From the NCBI GenBank assembly GCA_003971905.1, contig RSEE01000065.1, positions 124,001 through 188,000 on the forward strand: a stretch of 64,000 bases of DNA, read 5' to 3'. Position 1 is the first letter of the stretch. Each line of letters begins with the position of its first letter. Below are positions 61,339-64,000 of the stretch, piece after piece. The position numbers and the translations under genes are program-made. The notes under the pieces were generated by a model. It was not told the origin of the DNA and ran no database searches. It saw nothing but the letters and a program-made list of their open reading frames with translations. The stretch is from Moniliella sp. 'wahieum' (taxonomy: Eukaryota).

Positions 61339-64000
61339 TTACTCCCCAAACGCCTGGTGAAGGTCAATGACCAGCTCGCTGTACTGTTTCCTCGCCAGCG
61401 CCAGGCCCTGCTCCATCGTCCCTGCATTCTCCAGCGCAGGCGGCTCGCTCCCGGCCGCTGGACCCGTACCGTTGTCCAGCCCAAGAATCAACTTGAGCAC
61501 CGCACTGTACTCCTCAAACGTATACTGGGCTCCCTGTTGCTTGAGCTGAGCCAGCACATCCTGCGCGAAAGAGTAGATTGGGTCAGTAGCCTAGCCTACA
61601 AGGCGAACAACACTATGGACATACCTCGGGAGAATGAAGCAACAGATCAAACAGCGCGCGCGAGCGCGGTAGCGTCACATCCACCGTCCCCCGCCGTATT
61701 GGAAAGGGCGAGAGACTTGATGTTCTGCTCAAGAGCAAGGATGTTGCGTTCCATCTTGGTCACGCCGTGCCGGTTAATCGCACGGATCCTGAGCACCGAA
61801 GCGACCAGGAGCGTGTCGAGGAAGCGCGCGAGCCCAACGTAGAGGAACATGCGGTCTGCGTCCGTCAAGACCAGCGAAAGCGCATCGTCCCACGACGCCA
61901 ACTTGTCGTTGAACGCATTGATATTTGGGTCGGGCTCCTGAGATGCTTCCTCATTGATAAAGGGCGAGCTGGACACATCGCTGGTCTGAGCGTCGCTCTG
62001 GTCCGCAGTGGCGAGATAGATGTGCCATGCAGCCTGCAGTCGTAGCTCGGCATGGAGAGTGAAGAGGATGGTGCGGGCCAGGTGGGCAAACGTGGGTGCA
62101 AGCTGTGAAGCGACGAACCATCTCCTCCGTGAGCGGAAGCTCAAGGATGGTAGACGGCTTATCCATCGCCTCCGGATCCACCTTCTCGGGAAGCGTAGCA
62201 ACTGGCTTCAATCGATGCAAGAAGGTGGTAAAGTTATCAACCGAGTGCTTCAGCGTCGCCAAGGCCACCATGCGTCTGCGCGCCGGCTCGGGAAGAAGCT
62301 GCTCCATCGTCACCTTTGACCCGTCGCCCGAGAGGGAGGAAGAAGGGCCACTTCATGCATCAGCAGTGTCTCCCGCCTCTTGTCCGTCGTCTCTCCCACT
62401 TCAGTCAGAATGGAGACAAGATCCGGCTTGCTCGCCCACACAGCGCAGGTGTACTTTCCCTTGCCCTCAGCTTCCGAATCCCGTGTGACGAGCGCTGTAT
62501 AACGCGCGGTAGCCCCTTTGTACAGTTCGACCACCAGTACGACCATCAGGCGCGCAACACGGCGTTTCTGGAAGGGCATGTGCTGGAGGATGAGATATGT
62601 GTCCTGCAAGAGGCGAACAGTGTTGGGCACAGCCTTGGACACGGGCTTTTCCCCTGCACCGCTCGCACCGTCCGTCTCGAGGGAAGACATGAGAGCAGGA
62701 GGACGGTCGCTCCCCGGCATAGTCTCGGGACGGAGAGACTCCTCGTCATGGCTAGGCACCACATCCAGGCCCGAGATCGCAGTGGTAAACTGCGCCTGCA
62801 CCCGTGCCTCCAGGTGAGGGAGGAAGTGTGCCGCACAAACCGGCGTAGGAACTGAGAATACGAGTCGTTTACTACCGTGCCAGGGTCTTCCTCTTCGTTC
62901 TGGGCCGCGCGCCGGCGCGAAAGGGAGGTAGACTCCTCCTCGTCTTCCTCTTCCTCGTCATCCTCCCCAGCCCCCTCCGCATCAGCGGGGAGCACCTGCT
63001 TGGCACGTGCAATGAAGACGAGCACCGGGGTAAAGAGTTTGGACAAACCCGCAATATCTGGTTTGGCAAGCGTACGGTGTGCGTTCGCTCCCGTCTCGGA
63101 CCCGGGCGCATGGCCAACCGCGCCCAACCAAGCGCTCAAGTCGATGGCTGCCAGCTCCGAAGCAAACCCGGTGCCAACGGGGCCGGCGTCGGCCGATACC
63201 AAGCCGGGAAGGTAAGTACGAATCGTCTGCATAATCTGCTCTTCGTACTTGCGTGTCGTATTGCGGTCGGCCGTTGACACAACGCCCACTCCATTGGGCG
63301 GGACGCTTACCCCCCCGTCGGGGGCCAAATTGAACAACCGTTTCTTGCTGTCGCGCTCCACACGACCCATCCGCAGAACTTCATTTACATCTACCATCGT
63401 CCTGCGTGCCGACGCCGCCACTGCACCAGGGGAGAGATGCGCATCGTTCGCCCCTGCCGCCAAGTGGAAGAAAGAATGCCCTGCAGTTGATCCTGCATAT
63501 GCCGCCAAAGATTGCGGGGTTTGACTGACGTCCGCTTGTCGCCCCGGGTGCCTCCACTGCGGGTGGAGAGCCGAGAGCAGACCTCGTACACCACCCGGTA
63601 GCACTGCAGCACCGCATCAAACTTGGCAAACATGGTCCAAAACAAGTCGCGCAACGTCTCTTCGTCCCTCGCTTGGGCATAAACCTCGGCCGCGCTCTTT
63701 CCCCGAGAGCGCCTGGGGCAAGATTGGTTAGTGCAAGCAAGGCCGAGTTGGGAGCAGCCGTGGGCCCGCCCGAGAAAGTGAGGGTGCGTGCCCCTCCATT
63801 TCGGGTCACAAGGCTCGATCGGTTGGCCCATGGAGCCGAAGAACCCCGGTTCAAGTTCGTCCCCCACTGTGCTTCGGCATCGTGGCGCCGCTCTACCTCA
63901 TCAATCGTACCTTCGACGAGTTGGTGCAACTCTGCTTGCTGCCGCTGCAAAACGGCATCCAGCACTTCGGGCAGCTTACCCAACCGGGCAGCGCTTTCCA
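61339..64000 (-). CDS. SEC8: Exocyst component Sec8, 3' portion (5' part beyond window); intron 61561-61624; frameshifts
   Basis: LGKLPEVLDAVLQRQQAELHQLVEGTIDEV, ETLRDLFWTMFAKFDAVLQCYRVVYEV, INRHGVTKMERNILALEQN, YTFEEYSAVL. Confidence 0.88.

Overview
Eukaryotic DNA, most likely a basidiomycete of the smut-fungus group (Ustilaginomycotina; inferred from protein similarity I recognise by eye and from short GT..CTRAC..YAG introns). Almost every gene carries single-base indels, which I attribute to an unpolished long-read assembly, so gene boundaries are approximate. Left to right: the 3' end of a Ty1/copia retrotransposon; a kinase-less KA1-like protein; a compact housekeeping block (NOT1, ZIP-like transporter, THP3, THR1, LCB1); a ~19 kb gene-poor island with two divergently oriented paralogous transcription factors (2x C2H2 plus a truncated four-cysteine Zn-cluster-like module), a Helitron helicase scrap and a young 1.39 kb non-autonomous LTR element; then an RRM+split-YTH protein, an MIT-domain protein, a Sir2/Hst1 sirtuin with a long C-terminal tail, a small membrane protein, an alpha-arrestin, a frameshift-hidden CDC26-like microgene, ATP3, BRE1 and partial SEC8. 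The most unusual signals are a grammar of intergenic 7-bp tandem repeats (T[G/C]A plus a variable palindromic tetramer), the TF paralog pair, and a TAGGGTT telo-box upstream of many housekeeping genes. No database searches were possible.
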